Shown here in pieces: positions 60,617-64,000 of a stretch of 64,000 nucleotides of DNA (position 1 is its first letter; each line of letters opens with the position of its first letter). Origin of the DNA: Flavobacteriales bacterium. Lineage in GTDB: Bacteria > Bacteroidota > Bacteroidia > Palsa-965. The DNA is taken from the NCBI GenBank assembly GCA_040377305.1, contig JBEIPA010000001.1:160001-224000 (forward strand). The letters are read 5' to 3'. The position numbers were made by a program, and so were the translations under genes. Below the pieces are notes generated by a model. That model did no database searches. It had not been told where the DNA came from and saw only the letters and a program-made list of their open reading frames with translations.

Positions 60617-61906
60617 ATGATGATTCTGCTGGTTTTTATCATTGGATATATTGCGATCACTTTGGAGCATCCGTTGAGGATGAATAAGGCTGCAACTGCT
60701 TTATTAACAGGTGCTCTCTGCTGGACGATTTACTGCATCGGCGACACAAGTCATTCCGCCGCTGAATCGCTCACGCATCATATTTCCGACATTGCCGGTA
60801 TTCTCTTCTTTCTTCTTGGAGCGATGACAATTGTTGAACTCATCGACGCGCATGAAGGATTTGAAATCATTACAACCAGAATCACCACATTATCCAGACG
60901 CCGCCTGCTCATTATAGTTGCTATTGTCTCGTTCGTTTTATCAGCCTTACTGGATAATCTTACGACTTCAATCGTCATGGTTTCACTGGTGAGAAAATTG
61001 GTTCGCGACGAAAAGGACAGGTGGCTTTTTGCGGGCGTTCTCATCATCGCAGCGAATGCTGGAGGTGCGTGGTCGCCAATCGGCGATGTAACTACAACCA
61101 TGTTATGGGTGGGCAACCAGATTTCCAGTATCGCGATTATGAAAAGTCTGATACTGCCCTCACTTGTTTGTCTGGCAGTTCCACTGGTGATCATGGCGTG
61201 GAGAATGAAGGGTAAGTTCGAACGACCTGAATCATTAAATGAGGCGAAAACAATTCCCGCATCACCCGGTGATCGGTATATCGTATTCTTTACAGGAGTT
61301 CTTGTGTTGTTTATGGTACCGGTATTCAAAGCCGTAACCGGTTTACCGCCGTTCATGGGCATACTCTTCGGAGTTGGTATACTTTGGTTAGTTACCGAAA
61401 TCATTCACAAGAAAAAGAATGACGATCATAGAAACGTGTTGTCTGTCGCAGGTGCATTACAGCGGATTGATACTCCTAGCATCTTGTTCTTCCTGGGAAT
61501 TCTTCTCTCGATTAGCGCACTTGATTCAGCCGGATTTCTCACCACACTTTCCGGATGGATGGATGCGAAATTCGAAAGCACAAATACAATCAACATCATG
61601 ATTGGTCTAGCCTCTGCAGTGGTTGATAACGTACCATTAGTTGCCGCCGCCCAGGGAATGTATCCCTTAACGAACGACCCACTTGCATTGGAACAAGTCC
61701 GTGCGTTTTCAACCGATCATACGTTCTGGCACTTTCTTGCTTACTGCGCGGGCACCGGTGGAAGTATCTTAATCATCGGCTCTGCAGCTGGCGTTGCAGT
61801 AATGGGTATAGAGAAAATCAGTTTCTTCTGGTACCTGAAAAAAATCTCGCTGCCTGCACTTGCCGGATACTTAGCCGGCGCTATGGTTTACATTGCAATG
61901 AATTGA
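60617..61906 (+). CDS. nhaD: Na+/H+ antiporter, NhaD family
   Basis: FLLGAMTIVELID, LDNLTT, AANAGGAWSPIGDVTT, VDNVPLVAA, GTGGSILIIGSAAG. Confidence 0.92.
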   Translation: MMILLVFIIGYIAITLEHPLRMNKAATALLTGALCWTIYCIGDTSHSAAESLTHHISDIAGILFFLLGAMTIVELIDAHEGFEIITTRITTLSRRRLLIIVAIVSFVLSALLDNLTTSIVMVSLVRKLVRDEKDRWLFAGVLIIAANAGGAWSPIGDVTTTMLWVGNQISSIAIMKSLILPSLVCLAVPLVIMAWRMKGKFERPESLNEAKTIPASPGDRYIVFFTGVLVLFMVPVFKAVTGLPPFMGILFGVGILWLVTEIIHKKKNDDHRNVLSVAGALQRIDTPSILFFLGILLSISALDSAGFLTTLSGWMDAKFESTNTINIMIGLASAVVDNVPLVAAAQGMYPLTNDPLALEQVRAFSTDHTFWHFLAYCAGTGGSILIIGSAAGVAVMGIEKISFFWYLKKISLPALAGYLAGAMVYIAMN

Positions 61907-61907
61907 C

Positions 61908-62603
61908 ATGGCTAAGAAGCATCAGTTCAATGTTGGTGAATACATCGAAGCAATTGAAGGTGAATTCTCACGACACGCAAATCCAAAACGTGCTGCCGGA
62001 TCAAAAGCCTACGTTCGTGAGCAATTTGAATTTTACGGATTAACAGCACCTGAACGTCGCGAAGTACAGAAGGTGTTTCACGAAGATGTAGCACTTCCTC
62101 CATTCGAATATATTCCGGAAATCACCAAACTTCTTTGGAATAAACCGCAACGCGAATTGCAATACTTCGCCATGGAATTGTACGGGAAGTACAAGAAGCA
62201 GTTCACCAAAAAAGATGTTCCGGTTTTCGAGTACATGATTCAAAATAAAAGCTGGTGGGAAACGGTAGATTTCATTTCACCGAAACTCATTGCCGCTTTA
62301 CACCTCAAACATCCGGAACTGCAGGAAGAAAACTGCAAACGGTGGATGAAGTCAAATCACCTGTGGCTCATGCGGGCTGCGATCATTCATCAGCTCCTTT
62401 ACAAAACAAAGACCAATGAAAAATTGCTCTTCTCGTTGATTCTGCAGTGTGCTGATCATCCGGATTTTTTTATCCGCAAAGCGATAGGATGGTCGCTCCG
62501 ACAATATGCGCGGACAAATCCAGCTTCGGTAAAATCATTCCTCAAGCGGCATAAGGAGCAACTCAGCCCGCTGAGTTACAAAGAAGCAACGAAACACCTG
62601 TAG
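61908..62603 (+). CDS. DNA alkylation repair protein (AlkD-like HEAT-repeat glycosylase)
   Basis: RELQYFA, SWWETVD, WLMRAAI, FFIRKAIGWSLRQY. Confidence 0.88.
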   Translation: MAKKHQFNVGEYIEAIEGEFSRHANPKRAAGSKAYVREQFEFYGLTAPERREVQKVFHEDVALPPFEYIPEITKLLWNKPQRELQYFAMELYGKYKKQFTKKDVPVFEYMIQNKSWWETVDFISPKLIAALHLKHPELQEENCKRWMKSNHLWLMRAAIIHQLLYKTKTNEKLLFSLILQCADHPDFFIRKAIGWSLRQYARTNPASVKSFLKRHKEQLSPLSYKEATKHL

Positions 62604-62672
62604 CCCTATCTGTTCTTACATTCCTGATTCTTCTCAGGAGACAACCTCCACCTCTTATATTATCTTTACCAC

Positions 62673-63686
62673 GTGTTCACCGGTAAACTCGTCAGGCAGA
62701 TTGTCAAACCAATTTCTTTGTTGCTCGCAGTTGTTGCGATTGGCACCATCGGTTTCCTGCTTCTCGATCCACGGTACAATTTCACGGATGCTTTATACAT
62801 GACTGTAACCACCATTGGTACAGTTGGCTTTCGTGAGGTTCACCAACCCTCGGTTGGCGCACAATATTTTATCATTTTCCTCATCGTGACTGGTTTTGGT
62901 ACATTTGCTTATACGATCAGCAGTATTACATCGTACATACTAAGTGACGAATTCAGAAATTCCTATAGAACGAAGACCATCATGAAATCGATCAACAATA
63001 TTTCCGGTCACGTAATCATCTGCGGTTACGGAAGAAATGGTCGACAAGCAGCCCACGTATTGAAAATGCATGGTCGTCGATTTGTAGTTATTGAACAGAA
63101 AAAAGATGTGACCGATGAGCTTACACACAAACATTCGCACCTTGTGCTTAATGGTGACGCTACACAAGATGAAATATTGGAAAGTGCCGGCATAGACAGG
63201 GCGGCTGCCTTGATTTCTACATTGCCTACGGATGCTGACAATCTCTTCATCGTACTCACTGCACGTTCATTAAATCCGAAACTCACGATAATTTCAAGGG
63301 CATCAGATGACAGTTCCGATAAGAAATTGAAAAAAGCGGGTGCCAATAATGTGATCATGCCCGATAAAATCGGCGGCGCACACATGGCTTCTTTGGTTCT
63401 GAAACCGGATGTAATTGAATTTGTAGATCACATTACAGGTCAGGGTGGCCCGGATATAAATCTCGAGGAAATCACCTTCGAAAATCTTCCTGAACATTTA
63501 CGAAACAAAACCATCCGCGATCTTGAAATCAGAAATAAGTCAGGTGCAAACATTGTTGGATTCAAAACTGCTCAAGGAGATTTTGTGATCAATCCGAATG
63601 CCGACACCCGACTTATTCCTGAAGGAAAATTATTCGTTCTCGGTACTCCGGAACAGATTGCATCACTCAAATCATTGCTCCAGTAA
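62673..63686 (+). CDS. Potassium channel with RCK (TrkA-N/TrkA-C) domains
   Basis: Two TMs with pore TTIGTVGF, ICGYGRNG, GDAT, C-terminal TrkA-C. Confidence 0.9.
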   Translation: MFTGKLVRQIVKPISLLLAVVAIGTIGFLLLDPRYNFTDALYMTVTTIGTVGFREVHQPSVGAQYFIIFLIVTGFGTFAYTISSITSYILSDEFRNSYRTKTIMKSINNISGHVIICGYGRNGRQAAHVLKMHGRRFVVIEQKKDVTDELTHKHSHLVLNGDATQDEILESAGIDRAAALISTLPTDADNLFIVLTARSLNPKLTIISRASDDSSDKKLKKAGANNVIMPDKIGGAHMASLVLKPDVIEFVDHITGQGGPDINLEEITFENLPEHLRNKTIRDLEIRNKSGANIVGFKTAQGDFVINPNADTRLIPEGKLFVLGTPEQIASLKSLLQ

Positions 63687-63695
63687 ATTCACCTG

Positions 63696-64000
63696 ATGAA
63701 AAACATACTGATTACAGGATCCAATGGTCTTCTCGGACAGAAGCTCGTCTACGCTCTACTGAAACGTAATCAGTCGGGTGTCAACTGGAATATCATTGCT
63801 ACTGCACGTGGCGCAAACCGATTGAAAGTTCAGGATGGCTACACGTATGCAGAGATGAACATCGGCGATCGGAATTCGGTGCTCGCAACTCTTGCGAAGT
63901 TCATGCCGCATGTTGTGATTAATACGGCTGCAATGACAAACGTAGATGCATGTGAAACTGCGCGTGAAGAAGCCGAATTGCTAAATGCAACTTCCGTGAG
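63696..64000 (+). CDS. dTDP-4-dehydrorhamnose reductase-like SDR (partial, runs off the right edge)
   Basis: MKNILITGSNGLLGQKL..INTAAMTNVDACE; translated manually, not in the ORF track. Confidence 0.85.
   Translation, partial: MKNILITGSNGLLGQKLVYALLKRNQSGVNWNIIATARGANRLKVQDGYTYAEMNIGDRNSVLATLAKFMPHVVINTAAMTNVDACETAREEAELLNATSV

Noticed and set aside
62800-62840. Non-canonical K+ filter TVGFRE
   Set aside because: F-for-Y and similar variants are familiar in bacterial RCK channels; this does not show novel selectivity.
1-64000. tRNA, rRNA, prophage or anti-phage defence genes
   Set aside because: No cloverleaf, rRNA-like stretch, phage structural gene or recognisable defence domain was seen by eye; tRNAscan, Infernal and DefenseFinder would be needed to exclude them formally.

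Overview
Chromosomal window from a Bacteroidota bacterium. This is inferred from TAnnTTTG -7 promoter elements, T9SS type-A C-terminal domains, signal peptides ending in xA-Q, and the valS-DUF1573-aminotransferase gene order. It holds about 45 CDS, mostly core or secretome genes (icmF, valS, namZ, lolC/E-like, cbs, rluF, apt, nhaD, APC permeases, peptidases). I found no rRNA, tRNA or CRISPR array. The ORF track missed a >2260-aa minus-strand surface protein at 1..6791 that runs off the left edge. The most notable signals are: (i) a duplicated two-gene module pairing a tiny T9SS-CTD protein with a CTD-less collagen-stalk fibre that has a conserved base and a variable tip, possibly an adaptor-dependent surface-fibre system; (ii) inverted arrays of 7-8 bp repeats, found around a four-helix-bundle gene and also as gene-less copies, three of which end 6 nt upstream of an outward-facing -7 promoter element; (iii) a RAYT (HUH Y1) transposase with REP doublets, next to an orphan gene cassette bounded by 18-21 bp direct repeats; (iv) a T9SS-secreted cytochrome c / PHM-like copper monooxygenase fusion; (v) five tandem DUF1573 paralogues; (vi) two ~220-bp nested-palindrome intergenic elements; (vii) a frameshifted acyl-CoA dehydrogenase. 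All family assignments come from motif recognition by eye, not from database searches.
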